Of a stretch of DNA of 47,685 nucleotides, positions 9,210 to 17,853 are shown piece after piece. Every line of letters begins with the position of its first letter. The first letter of the stretch is position 1. Origin of the DNA: an uncultured Marmoricola sp. GTDB taxonomy: Bacteria > Actinomycetota > Actinomycetes > Propionibacteriales > Nocardioidaceae. Under the pieces are notes generated by a model. The model saw only the letters and a program-made list of their open reading frames with translations, did not search any database and had not been told where the DNA came from. The translations under genes were made by a program, and so were the position numbers. The stretch is from NCBI GenBank assembly GCA_964613165.1, contig CAZTHV010000001.1:1-47685 (forward strand), written 5' to 3'.

Positions 9210-11168
9210 TCAGTCTTTCCGGTAGCGCGGCGACTCGAACCCGGCCGCTGCAAGTGGGAGGCCCTTCGTCCACGGTGCGCCGAGCGTCATCAGCCGGCAC
9301 AACTCCTTGGACGTGAAGCCTGGTTCGTCGGGGGTCTCAGTGACCAGCTCGTCGTGGACACTGAGGACGGTCGGGTACCCGGCCTTCTCGGCCGCGTGCA
9401 TGCCGAGCGCGAGGATGTCGCGAGAGATCGCCTGCACGATGTTCTCGGTCAGCTTGCCGCCGTAGGTATGGGTCCGGTCCCACTTCTTCGTGTACCGGTT
9501 GACGCTACCGAACGTGATCGAATCGTCGTCCTCGATCGCCGGCTTCGGGTACCAGAGTCGGCGGCCGGAGGGCAGCTCGATCGACAGCCAGGATCCCTTC
9601 CACCGGATCTTGACCTTCCCGACCTCGACCGGCGCGCCCTTGTACCGAGCGGCCCGGCGCACGCCGTCCTCGATCTGGTACCAGAACGAGCGGATCGCGG
9701 TGTGCGCCTTGCGCCAGGCCTTCACCGACGCGAGCGCCTGCTCGTCGGGGACGCTGACCCCGTAGACCGCCGCCATCGACTGAAACGCGCCGACGGCTCC
9801 CTGGTATCCGCAGGCCAGCTCGATGACCTTCCCGATCTGCCGCTCGTCCTTCGTGACCTTGGCCGGGTCGACGCCGAACGACGCGCCGTACCCCACCTTG
9901 TAGAGGTCAGGCCCGCGGCCGGCGTCGAAATCGCGGTAGGCCTTGAGCTTCCACTCCTCGCCCGCAACCCAGGCCACGACCCGGCCCTCGATACCCGCGA
10001 GGTCGGCGACGACCAGTTTCTTGCCCGGTGCCGCGACGATCACGCCGCGGAGGGCATTGCTCGCCATCGCGATCGGGTCGTGGTCGATCCAGCAGCGGCC
10101 GGCCTTGAGCAGCTCGATCCCTTTCTCGATCAACGGCTGCTTGAACGTCGGCCGCGGCAGGTTATGCGGCTGGAAGATCCGGCCAGACCAGCGCAGCGTG
10201 CGCGAGGCGCCGCCATACTGCACCGCGCCGCGGATCCTCCGGTCGGCATTGACCGACCGGAGGATCGCGTTGTACTTGGCGACGCTCGCCTTCGACGACG
10301 TCAGCCGCATCCGGATCAGCTCGCGCGCGCCCTCCGGCAGGTCGGGGTCGTCGACCCGCTTCTCCAGGGTGGACTTGCGCAGGTCCGGGAGCCAGACGCC
10401 GTACTCGGCGAGCACGAACGCGAGCAGCTTGTCCCGCTGCCCGAGCGAGGTCACTGCCGACTCGCCTGTGTAGAGGTCACGCGTAGCGTCCTGGACGTCG
10501 TCCTTCAGCGCCCGCTGCGCCTCGCTCACCTCGGCCACGGCGCCGCGCGCGAGGTCGAGGTCGACAGCGAAGCCGCGGTCATTGATCGCCTGGTCGAGGT
10601 GCCAGGTCGGCAGCTCGCGCGGATCCCAGGCGCCGGCCGGCATCAGCTTCGCGACCGCGCGCATCGCGCTGATGTCGCCCGCGGCGTACCGGACGAACCC
10701 GCGCCACTCGTTCGGATGCGAGTGGCGGTCGTTGTACTTGCCGGTCTTCTTGTCCGGCACGCAGAAGAGGTTGATGTACTGCCGGCCCTCCTGCTTCTGG
10801 TCGTCGGCGTCGATGCCCATCACCTTCGACAGGTCGCCGAGCGCGCCCGGCAGGCCGACGCTGTAGGCGCGGGCGAGCGTGCAGCGGAACCGGCTGATCG
10901 GCAGGTCGAGCTTGAACTGGGAGGCCCTGAGCTGGACGCGGTCGAACGCCGCGTTGTGGAACACGAGAGGGACATCAGGATCGTCGAGCATCATCGCCAG
11001 GTCGTCCGGCATCGGCCCGGCCGTCGCATCCCACACGCTCACGTCGTCATCGCCGTAGGCGTAGGCGAAGAGCAGCAGCTCCACCGCCTCGCTATAGCGA
11101 TAGTGTCCGTGCTTCAGGGGGATGGACGACCTGGTCTCCAGGTCGCACCAAGCGACGCGCTCGATCAC
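9210..11168 (-). CDS. DNA polymerase family A (APSE/BPP-1-type) with 3'-5' exonuclease
   Basis: Exonuclease DLET and HNAAFDR; motif A ADLAGIEGR; motif B RQIGKVIELACGYQG; motif C VHDE. Confidence 0.93.
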   Translation of the reverse strand: MIERVAWCDLETRSSIPLKHGHYRYSEAVELLLFAYAYGDDDVSVWDATAGPMPDDLAMMLDDPDVPLVFHNAAFDRVQLRASQFKLDLPISRFRCTLARAYSVGLPGALGDLSKVMGIDADDQKQEGRQYINLFCVPDKKTGKYNDRHSHPNEWRGFVRYAAGDISAMRAVAKLMPAGAWDPRELPTWHLDQAINDRGFAVDLDLARGAVAEVSEAQRALKDDVQDATRDLYTGESAVTSLGQRDKLLAFVLAEYGVWLPDLRKSTLEKRVDDPDLPEGARELIRMRLTSSKASVAKYNAILRSVNADRRIRGAVQYGGASRTLRWSGRIFQPHNLPRPTFKQPLIEKGIELLKAGRCWIDHDPIAMASNALRGVIVAAPGKKLVVADLAGIEGRVVAWVAGEEWKLKAYRDFDAGRGPDLYKVGYGASFGVDPAKVTKDERQIGKVIELACGYQGAVGAFQSMAAVYGVSVPDEQALASVKAWRKAHTAIRSFWYQIEDGVRRAARYKGAPVEVGKVKIRWKGSWLSIELPSGRRLWYPKPAIEDDDSITFGSVNRYTKKWDRTHTYGGKLTENIVQAISRDILALGMHAAEKAGYPTVLSVHDELVTETPDEPGFTSKELCRLMTLGAPWTKGLPLAAAGFESPRYRKD

Positions 11169-11518
11169 TGATCGTTCCTCGCGGCCTTGATAGCGTCGAT
11201 CTTCGCGCGCGCTTCGGCGATCAAGGATTCCAGGTCGGCGACGTGCGTAGCCATCACGTAGTCCGCTTCGTCGGCGGACCCGGCCACCCCGGCCGGCGCG
11301 TCCTTGAGGATCGCTCTGAGGTCGATAGCATGAACCAGCCCGACCCGGAGGTCGACGATGCTCTTGAACTCGGAAGTGACCGGCTGGCCGTCGCGCAGTG
11401 TCAGCATCGCGACGGTGGCTTCGGGGGAACGGAAAGAGAACTTGAGGTTCACGGACGTGTCTCCGGTGAGTGCTGGATGCGCTCCCGGCTCGCGGGCCAG
11501 GAGCGCGCGCGAGATCAA
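11165..11518 (-). CDS. hypothetical protein
   Basis: ORF coupled between ssb and pol. Confidence 0.5.
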   Translation of the reverse strand: MISRALLAREPGAHPALTGDTSVNLKFSFRSPEATVAMLTLRDGQPVTSEFKSIVDLRVGLVHAIDLRAILKDAPAGVAGSADEADYVMATHVADLESLIAEARAKIDAIKAARNDQ

Positions 11519-12099
11519 CCCAGGTCTTCGGCCGTTTCCTCCTCGTCCGCATACTCCTCGAACTTGTCAGCCGACGCGCGGGCGCCGCCGCCCATCGCTT
11601 CGCCGTCCTTGACGAACTGCACGCCGAGCAGACGGGCGTTCACCCGCTTGCCGGGCTCGCCCGGCATGTCCTGCGCCCATACGTCGACCAGGACATTGCA
11701 GATGGCGCCGCTGTAAATCTTTCCGTGCCGCTCCTCGACCGGTTGACGATCCGGTCCGATGATCAGCGGAGGGCCAGCTTTCTCGGGCCGAGAAGCCTTG
11801 AACCAGTACCTGTCCTCGAAACCGGCGAGGTCATCGCCATCCGCGGTCCGCTTTTCTTTCGCCCGGAAAAACACGCGGTCCTTCTCGACGAGCACTTCGA
11901 GCGTTTTCTTCGCCTTGTCGCCCCACTTTTCCAGCGTCACTTTGCTGATCGCAGCTTCCAGAACCTTCTGCGCGGCGCTGCCGATCTCGATCGGACAGGT
12001 CACTGCGTAGTAGGCCCCGCCGGAATCTCCCTTGCGTGCCTGGAACACCTCGGGGAAGCAGACCACTACCTCTTTCACCATCACTTCCATGTCATTCAT
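11515..12099 (-). CDS. ssDNA-binding protein (DUF2815 / gp2.5-like)
   Basis: IYSGAICN, LLGVQFVKDGE, acidic C-terminal tail. Confidence 0.88.
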   Translation of the reverse strand: MNDMEVMVKEVVVCFPEVFQARKGDSGGAYYAVTCPIEIGSAAQKVLEAAISKVTLEKWGDKAKKTLEVLVEKDRVFFRAKEKRTADGDDLAGFEDRYWFKASRPEKAGPPLIIGPDRQPVEERHGKIYSGAICNVLVDVWAQDMPGEPGKRVNARLLGVQFVKDGEAMGGGARASADKFEEYADEEETAEDLG

Positions 12100-13378
12100 C
12101 CTCTTCGGTTGACAGGTTTGAAAACTTCTCGCGGACGTCGGTCGAGACGGCCGGACGCTGGTCCGACTCGGGGGCGACCGACAGTCCCCCAGGTGATCGC
12201 GTGATCAGATCGGTGAAGGCGGCCATGCCGGACTTCTTCACGCGCTTTTCGAGCTTCGCGGGGCTGATGACCGGCGCCGGCTCGTACGGGTCGAGGTCGA
12301 GTGCCTTCATCGCCTCGGCGGCGGCGGCCTCGTCGGCCCACTTGCGGTTGCCTTCGCGACCCTGCACGAGCTTGTATCCGGACACGGCCTTGCCTTGCAG
12401 CAGACGGGTCTCGACCTCGGACCGCACGGCCTTGACCCAGGTCTCGACCAAGCCCGTCATCCGCATCAGGTACGACAGGTCGTGAGGGCTCGCGGCCACG
12501 AGCGGGACCGGATCGACCTCGGGGATCTCGGTGTCGAGATCCTCGAACGCACCGAAGACCGTGTTCGACACCTCGCGACGCAGCGCGGAGCAGGTCGCCT
12601 TGGCCGGGCAGAACCGGCACTGCTTGTCTCCCGGCACGAGCGGCGCGTCCTTCGCTTTCGAGGCGGCGACCGCGGTCCGGCACTCGGCCTCGAACTCGCG
12701 CAGCTCCTCGACCGAGCAGCTCCACTCGTCGATGTGATCGAGCCGAGGCTGCACGATCGCGACCGTGACCTGCTCGACGTCGAACACCTCGCCGAACAGC
12801 TCCAGCGCGCCCGAGGCGTACATCAGCATCTGCCGGCTGCGCTCCGCATAGACCCGCACGCCGCGCCCGTACTTGAAGTCGTCGACCCGCAGCTCGTACC
12901 GGCCGCTCGGCAACGGGTTGAAGACGATCGCGTCCGACGTGCCGGTCGCCGGCTTGGCCGGGTTGCCGTTGACGAACTCGTCGGTGAGGTGGGCGAGCGG
13001 AACTTGTTGCTCGGCCATGTACTCGCCGCCAGGCAGGACCGAGTCGAGCACGAAGTCGACGAAGACCTGGACATGCATCGCCATCTCGTCGTCGACCGTG
13101 AACACCCGGGCCGGACCGTTGTCGCGGTGGACCGTGATCTCCAGGCCGATGAACTTGTCCGCCCGCTTATGCTCCGAGAGGAGCGTCATCTCGACGACCT
13201 CGTGAGCGGCGGTGCCCTCGTCGGCGTACCCGCTCGACGTGCGCGGCACGTCCTCGCTCGCGGCGACCGAGCCGGGGCACTCCCACCACCGGTCGGCCGA
13301 GGACGGCGACCGGACCGCGTGCCACTTCTCAGCGGCCACGGTGCCGGCATCGGCCGGCCTTTCTGCCAGGTCGATCAC
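12092..13378 (-). CDS. DUF2800 Cas4-like PD-(D/E)XK exonuclease
   Basis: HAVRSPSSADRWWECPGS, EGTAAH, GTSD, DDFKYGRG, QMLMYA, QCRFCPAK..C. Confidence 0.88.
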   Translation of the reverse strand: MIDLAERPADAGTVAAEKWHAVRSPSSADRWWECPGSVAASEDVPRTSSGYADEGTAAHEVVEMTLLSEHKRADKFIGLEITVHRDNGPARVFTVDDEMAMHVQVFVDFVLDSVLPGGEYMAEQQVPLAHLTDEFVNGNPAKPATGTSDAIVFNPLPSGRYELRVDDFKYGRGVRVYAERSRQMLMYASGALELFGEVFDVEQVTVAIVQPRLDHIDEWSCSVEELREFEAECRTAVAASKAKDAPLVPGDKQCRFCPAKATCSALRREVSNTVFGAFEDLDTEIPEVDPVPLVAASPHDLSYLMRMTGLVETWVKAVRSEVETRLLQGKAVSGYKLVQGREGNRKWADEAAAAEAMKALDLDPYEPAPVISPAKLEKRVKKSGMAAFTDLITRSPGGLSVAPESDQRPAVSTDVREKFSNLSTEEDE

Positions 13379-13848
13379 GCCTGTACCGCGCGCACGGCGT
13401 TGTAGAAGTCGACGATGCGGCCGTCGGCGATGTCCTTGACCCCCGGCTTCTCGACCTCCTCGGGTACGAACTTCCGGATCAGGGCCACGGCGGCGTCGCG
13501 CTTGCCGGCCTTCGCGAGAGCGAAGACGATGTCCCGCGCCTTCTCCCGCGCATCGTCGGCACCGTCGGCGGGCGGCGCGTCCACGGCCGGAGCCGGAGCC
13601 GGAGCCGGAGCCGGATCGACAACGCCCGTCACGGAGGCCTTGGCCGCAGCCCGTGCCGCCGTCTCGGCCGCGGCCTTGTCGATCTCGGCTTCGGTGACCG
13701 GCGCCGTGCGCGTCCGCCTGGCCGGCTTCTCCGCGGTTGCCGCGGGAACGGGAGGCGGGGCGGGAACGGCCTGCGCGCCGTCGGGGATCGAGGCCAGGAA
13801 TGCTTTCGCCTCGGCGGCGGTAGCGAACGCGAACGTCATGCTGATCAT
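13375..13848 (-). CDS. Ala/Pro-rich replication-module protein
   Basis: Low-complexity linker plus C-terminal helical domain, in the usual position upstream of DUF2800; GAGG RBS. Confidence 0.65.
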   Translation of the reverse strand: MISMTFAFATAAEAKAFLASIPDGAQAVPAPPPVPAATAEKPARRTRTAPVTEAEIDKAAAETAARAAAKASVTGVVDPAPAPAPAPAVDAPPADGADDAREKARDIVFALAKAGKRDAAVALIRKFVPEEVEKPGVKDIADGRIVDFYNAVRAVQA

Positions 13849-13936
13849 TGCAATACCCTCATAGGTGGATCGTCGATACATCAAGTCGCAGTAGCTACAG
13901 TGTGAGTCGCCCGAGCTACCGTCGAAAGGCAAAAGA

Positions 13937-14611
13937 TCACATGTGATCCCGATCCCTGGCCCGGGCCTGAAGCTGGGCGATGATCGGTTGAATCCGGAGC
14001 ATGGCCCGCTTGCGCGAGAACTTGCGTATGCCGCTTTCCAGCCGGCGATACTCGCGCAGCGCCGCCTCGTTCGCGAAGACGCGACCGGCGCTGTGTCTCA
14101 CCGAGCCCGGTGAATCTGGATCGACCGGTTCCGCGAGTAGCTCGGCCAGCTCGACCTCCTTCGCGTGCAGCTCGGGGTCCATCCGGTACAAGGCCGACTG
14201 CTCGGGAGGGACCGCGAGCATTGCCCGGACCTGGTCCGGCTTGAGGTCGCCGATCGCGCGGCAGCAGGCGGACAGCCGCTCGTCGGGCCCGAAGAGGAAC
14301 TCGATCGCGTCGTCGACATCGGCCTCGGTCAGGTCCAGCTCGGGATCGTCGCTCGGCTCGGCCGGAACGTCGGACCCGGCGTCGAGGATCGCCTGCCAGA
14401 TCGTGGCGCCGGCAATCTCGGCGAGGAGGTGCTCCTGCTTCGAGAAGACCTCGTGCGCCGGGTCAGCGTCGAGCGAAACGCCGGAGCCCGCGAACTCGAC
14501 ATCACGCTTATGCTTCGCATAGTAGGAGATGGCAAAGTTGTTCACGTTTCCAGACGCGTCCGCCCGCCTATCGCCGGAGTCAGCGAAGCTCGCACCGTTG
14601 TTCATGGTCAT
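13937..14611 (-). CDS. hypothetical protein (possibly leaderless)
   Basis: 224-aa ORF; ATG lies 6 nt after TACTAT. Confidence 0.6.
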   Translation of the reverse strand: MTMNNGASFADSGDRRADASGNVNNFAISYYAKHKRDVEFAGSGVSLDADPAHEVFSKQEHLLAEIAGATIWQAILDAGSDVPAEPSDDPELDLTEADVDDAIEFLFGPDERLSACCRAIGDLKPDQVRAMLAVPPEQSALYRMDPELHAKEVELAELLAEPVDPDSPGSVRHSAGRVFANEAALREYRRLESGIRKFSRKRAMLRIQPIIAQLQARARDRDHM

Positions 14612-14826
14612 TCCCCCATAGTAGCGGGAGCTACCGGCGAAGAGCTGAAAAGATCCACGCCGCGCGGCGCCCGGCCGTCTCCCCGGATCACGCTATCGAC
14701 AGGCAGGTACGGGTCGACCTCGTCGGCCAGCGGCGCGGACGCCTTCGACCTCGGGACCGGGGACTTGTACCCGGCCTTCCGGGCCGCGCGGATCTCGGCG
14801 GCCAGCTCTCGGTTCGACTTCTTCAT
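14608..14826 (-). CDS. hypothetical protein
   Basis: 72-aa coupled ORF. Confidence 0.45.
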   Translation of the reverse strand: MKKSNRELAAEIRAARKAGYKSPVPRSKASAPLADEVDPYLPVDSVIRGDGRAPRGVDLFSSSPVAPATMGE

Positions 14827-15245
14827 GCCTCGTCTCCGGTGGCAGGAGCTACCGGTTCGGACGGCACGATGCGCGCCATCTCGGCCTCAATGAACGCGGT
14901 CGCGGCCTTGCGATCACCAGTGCTGCCCTCACGGTACCGGTTGAGCAGCGTGCGGCCCTTCCAGTCGAGCATGACCGGGAACCGGCGGTCGTTCTCCGGC
15001 GTGTCCGGCTTGTGCTGGTCGGCCGGGAGGCCGAGGCCGAACCTGAGATAGTTGAACTCGGTGCGCAGCAGGCTCGCGCGGGTCATCTTTTCGGACATGG
15101 CTCTTCCTTGAGAGGGTGCTTCGGTTTGCGGACGTGGTCGTTCTTCCGGTCCCGGTGCCGCTGGTTCGGCGGGATCGGTGGCCGCGCTTCTCTCGAAGGC
15201 TTGAAGCGCGGCGATGGCGAGGAGCGTGTGGACATGGCGGTTCAT
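14823..15245 (-). CDS. hypothetical protein (start 15245 or 15098)
   Basis: ATGA overlap with the Tas stop at 15245; alternative ATG at 15098 with AAGGA upstream. Confidence 0.5.
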   Translation of the reverse strand: MNRHVHTLLAIAALQAFERSAATDPAEPAAPGPEERPRPQTEAPSQGRAMSEKMTRASLLRTEFNYLRFGLGLPADQHKPDTPENDRRFPVMLDWKGRTLLNRYREGSTGDRKAATAFIEAEMARIVPSEPVAPATGDEA

Positions 15246-16102
15246 GCGGCGTAGTCCTGGCCGCGGCCGGTCCACGCGCGCCAGAGGTCGCGGAGCAACC
15301 GCTTCTCGACGTATCGCTTCGCGCGGTTGTGGACGTGGCCCGCGGACCGGAACTCGGCCGCCTTGCCTTTCGGGATCTTCGCTGCAGGCACGACGGTCAG
15401 GCCTTCGGCCGTTGCCTTCTCGATCTCGATCGCCTTGCGCGCCTCGTACAGATCCTTGTACGGCCCGGCCTGGCGCAGCAGCGAGTCGCCGAGGACGAAC
15501 ATCACGGACCGGCGGACCGGGCTGTAGCCGTGCGCGAGCGCCTTCTCCGCGTCGGTGCACTTGCGCTGCCGCTCGCCGCCGATGACTGCCAGGCCGAACC
15601 GCTTCCAGAGCTTCGCCGGGTTGCTGTATTGCTCCAGATCGCCGGCCTCGCCGACGATCTGCGCGAGGCCGATCTCGCCGAAACCCTTCAGCGGCAGGAC
15701 GAACCGCTCGTAGATCGGCAGTTGCTTCGCTTGTTTCTTGAGCACCCGCTCGACGCCGAGCAGCTCGACGTGGATCCCGGCTCGGGCAGCGTGCAGGGCC
15801 ATCACCGCAGGACCGAAGCCGGCGGTCACGTCCTCGTCGAGCTGCTTGTACATCGCAGACGCCTCGGCCATCTTCGCCGCGTGGTCCTTCGCGTTGTCGT
15901 CCGGCGTGCAGCCGGCCGCGCGTCGAAAGATCGCCTTGATCTGGCGCGTGAGGTTGCCCTCGGCGCGCAGCAGGTCTTGCCTCTGGCGGTGCAACTCGCG
16001 GATCGCGAGGATAAGGGTGCTGACGGCGAGGGCACCGGAGGTCTGGGTGTCATCGCTGCTCTGGCCCAGGCCGTCAGCGTAAGGGATTCGTTTCATGATC
16101 AT
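15242..16102 (-). CDS. tasA: TasA-like Nop/IS110-related RNA-binding protein (TIGR-Tas), no nuclease domain
   Basis: Coiled coil, then LPIY..FV..LKGFGEIGLAQIVGEAGDLEQYSNPAKLWKRFGL ... GPYKDLYEARK ... HVHNRAKRYVEKRLLRDLWRAW. No RuvC DEDD or HNH seen. Adjacent CCA-N9-TG array. Confidence 0.8.
   Translation of the reverse strand: MIMKRIPYADGLGQSSDDTQTSGALAVSTLILAIRELHRQRQDLLRAEGNLTRQIKAIFRRAAGCTPDDNAKDHAAKMAEASAMYKQLDEDVTAGFGPAVMALHAARAGIHVELLGVERVLKKQAKQLPIYERFVLPLKGFGEIGLAQIVGEAGDLEQYSNPAKLWKRFGLAVIGGERQRKCTDAEKALAHGYSPVRRSVMFVLGDSLLRQAGPYKDLYEARKAIEIEKATAEGLTVVPAAKIPKGKAAEFRSAGHVHNRAKRYVEKRLLRDLWRAWTGRGQDYAA
16019..16078 (-). ncRNA. TIGR-like stem-loop guide unit 4, inside the 5' end of the Tas CDS
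   Basis: GCTGACGGCCTGGG-CCA-GAGCAGCGA-TG-ACAC-CCA-GACCTCCGG-TG-CCCTCGCCGTCAGC. Confidence 0.78.
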
Positions 16103-16668
16103 TTGCTCCGAAGGGTGTCGAGGGTGACGCCGAACGCGGCGGCGTGCTTCTTGATGTCTGAGCTGGACAGGACGTCGCGGACCGGCTTCGAGCCGACCCG
16201 GCCTGCGAGATCCGACAGCCACCGGCCGCAGGTCTCGTAGCGCTTGCCGATCTTCGTATACCGGTCGGCGGCCTGGGCGAGGTCGTGGCGGGTCGCCTTG
16301 CCGAGCGGCACGCCGGGCAGGACCGGCCACTGGTACCAGGCGTCGACCACGGCGCGCAGACTCTCGGTGTTCAGCACCTGGTATGCCGGCGCCTGGATGC
16401 CGCGAGGCGCCTGCGGTGCGGACGTCGTCAGCTTCCCGGTCGTCGACAGCTCCTGGCGCACGCGGGTCGCCGCGTTGTACATCTCCTGCCGGGCCCAGAA
16501 GAACATCGCTTCATCGGCCTTCTGCGTGTAGAAGATCGGCTCCTCGTTCTTCAGCCGCTCCAGCAGGCGCGTCGCGCCGGCTGACGGATCGCCCTCGGTT
16601 TCGAGGTGGACCTCACGCGTGATCGCGGCGAGGTTGACATGGATCTTCGGCAAGTCGTTCGGTTTCAC
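16099..16668 (-). CDS. unknown protein translationally coupled to Tas (189 aa)
   Basis: Its TGA overlaps the Tas ATG (ATGA); it lies between the array and Tas. Confidence 0.7.
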   Translation of the reverse strand: MKPNDLPKIHVNLAAITREVHLETEGDPSAGATRLLERLKNEEPIFYTQKADEAMFFWARQEMYNAATRVRQELSTTGKLTTSAPQAPRGIQAPAYQVLNTESLRAVVDAWYQWPVLPGVPLGKATRHDLAQAADRYTKIGKRYETCGRWLSDLAGRVGSKPVRDVLSSSDIKKHAAAFGVTLDTLRSK

Positions 16669-16698
16669 GGTTGCTTCTCAGTGGATGGGTGAGAGGTT

Positions 16699-16888
16699 GA
16701 GCGCGGGGGCAGCCGAGGCATGGGCGTCAGCGCTTCACTGGCCCCCACGCTCGTTGAAAGGGTGAGCGCGGGGGCACAACTGCTCTGGGTGTCACTTCGT
16801 CACTGGCCCCCACGCTCGTTGAAAGGGTGCTGACGGCGAGGGCAGCGCATCGCTGGGTGTCGCGGCGTATCCGGCCCTCGCCGTCAGC
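16699..16888 (-). ncRNA. TIGR-like stem-loop array, 3 units (16829-16888, 16764-16817, 16699-16752)
   Basis: Each unit is a GC stem enclosing CC(A/G)-N9-(T/C)G-AC(A/G)C-CCA-N9-TG; identical 11-nt linker ACCCTTTCAAC; all spacers differ and are exactly 9 nt. Confidence 0.85.
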
Positions 16889-16893
16889 GGAAG

Positions 16894-17217
16894 TCATCGC
16901 GCCTGCTCCTCGTGCGTAGCAGGAGCTACCGTGTTGAACCACGCGCCGCCATTCGTCAGGCGCCACTCGAAAGGGATGCCGATGACATTGTCGTACCAGC
17001 GGTCGAGCGCGGCCACCATGCCGCGGTTGAACGGGTGGGCCACGTCGAGGTCGGCCTCGGACTCCAAGGTCGTGAACACCTCGCGAACCCCGTCGTATGA
17101 CATGTCTCGACCGGCCATGAGGAGTTGCCCGGCCGCGTAGTCGAAGCCGGCGCGCCACTGGCGCTGGTAGCGGGCTTGCTCGCGGGCGGCGAGCCAGGTG
17201 CGGATGCGGGCGATCAT
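16894..17217 (-). CDS. hypothetical protein
   Basis: AGAGGA RBS, MIARIRTWLAAREQ... Confidence 0.6.
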   Translation of the reverse strand: MIARIRTWLAAREQARYQRQWRAGFDYAAGQLLMAGRDMSYDGVREVFTTLESEADLDVAHPFNRGMVAALDRWYDNVIGIPFEWRLTNGGAWFNTVAPATHEEQAR

Positions 17218-17411
17218 GATTTCCTCTTGATTGCGCGGTAGCGGTCGTCGGCTGCAGCGGTGTCGAGCGCGTAGAAAGCAGCGCAGCGCATCCTGCAGAA
17301 GTACCGGTTCGGGTCGTGGCGGGTCATGAACAACGACCGGGTCGGGCGCAGTCCGTCGGCCGTCATCAGGGACGGCACCGGCTTGCCGCACCACTTGCAG
17401 ACGGAGTTCAT
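17214..17411 (-). CDS. small Cys-containing protein (CKWC...CRMRC, possible Zn finger)
   Basis: Coupled ORF with two Cys pairs. Confidence 0.5.
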   Translation of the reverse strand: MNSVCKWCGKPVPSLMTADGLRPTRSLFMTRHDPNRYFCRMRCAAFYALDTAAADDRYRAIKRKS

Positions 17412-17665
17412 GGGTGCGTCCCGTAGTTGCCAGCTTGGCATTCATTGCAGGCGCAACACGGATGCCACTCGCCCGGCTTTGGTGTCTTGAGTTCGGGCAC
17501 CAGGGCGACCACGTCGGGCGTGACCCAGGTCGACAGCCACAACTGCACGCGTCGCTCGGCCTCTTCTATGCCGATGGTCTGCGGGCCATCTTTCCAGAGG
17601 CCCAGGCTCGGACCGCGGGCCAGCCTCTCGGCGAGGACGGCGGCGCGATGTTTGCGGGTGGTCAT
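17408..17665 (-). CDS. hypothetical protein
   Basis: Coupled ORF with GGAG RBS. Confidence 0.55.
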   Translation of the reverse strand: MTTRKHRAAVLAERLARGPSLGLWKDGPQTIGIEEAERRVQLWLSTWVTPDVVALVPELKTPKPGEWHPCCACNECQAGNYGTHP

Positions 17666-17853
17666 GACTGTTGCTCCAGAAGCCGGGCTTCGTAGACGAG
17701 CCCCGGCTTGTTTAGGCCGTTGTTCCGGGTGTTCTGGCGAGCGAGCCGGACGGCTTCCTTCGGTTCGTCGGCGTAGAAGTCGACGAGGTTGACGACACGG
17801 TGCTCGCCGGGGCGAGGCGCTGGGTCTGTGACGGTGACGCGGTAGAGATTCAT
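17662..17853 (-). CDS. hypothetical protein
   Basis: GGAGG RBS, coupled. Confidence 0.55.
   Translation of the reverse strand: MNLYRVTVTDPAPRPGEHRVVNLVDFYADEPKEAVRLARQNTRNNGLNKPGLVYEARLLEQQS

Noticed and set aside
5634..11168. Z-genome (2-aminoadenine) pathway
   Set aside because: No PurZ/PurA-like gene in the window.
13586..13615. (GCCGGA)n repeat
   Set aside because: It simply encodes a Pro-Ala linker.
15245..15270. Possible fifth guide unit at the tas 3' end (CCA-GGACTACGC-CG)
   Set aside because: No second CCA-N9-TG and no closing stem.
15242..16330. IS110 transposase / insertion sequence
   Set aside because: No N-terminal DEDD RuvC domain; the gene is coupled into a phage operon, and the flanking RNA has a TIGR-like dual 9-nt spacer layout.
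16699..16888. CRISPR array
   Set aside because: The variable parts are two 9-nt segments per hairpin rather than ~30-nt spacers. There is no cas operon, and DUF2800 is a standard replication nuclease in this phage group.
16019..16888. Self-targets of the guide spacers within this genome
   Set aside because: I found no 18-bp match by eye (only a 9-10 nt hit such as CCGGAGGTCG near 11345). This needs a computational search and is not excluded.
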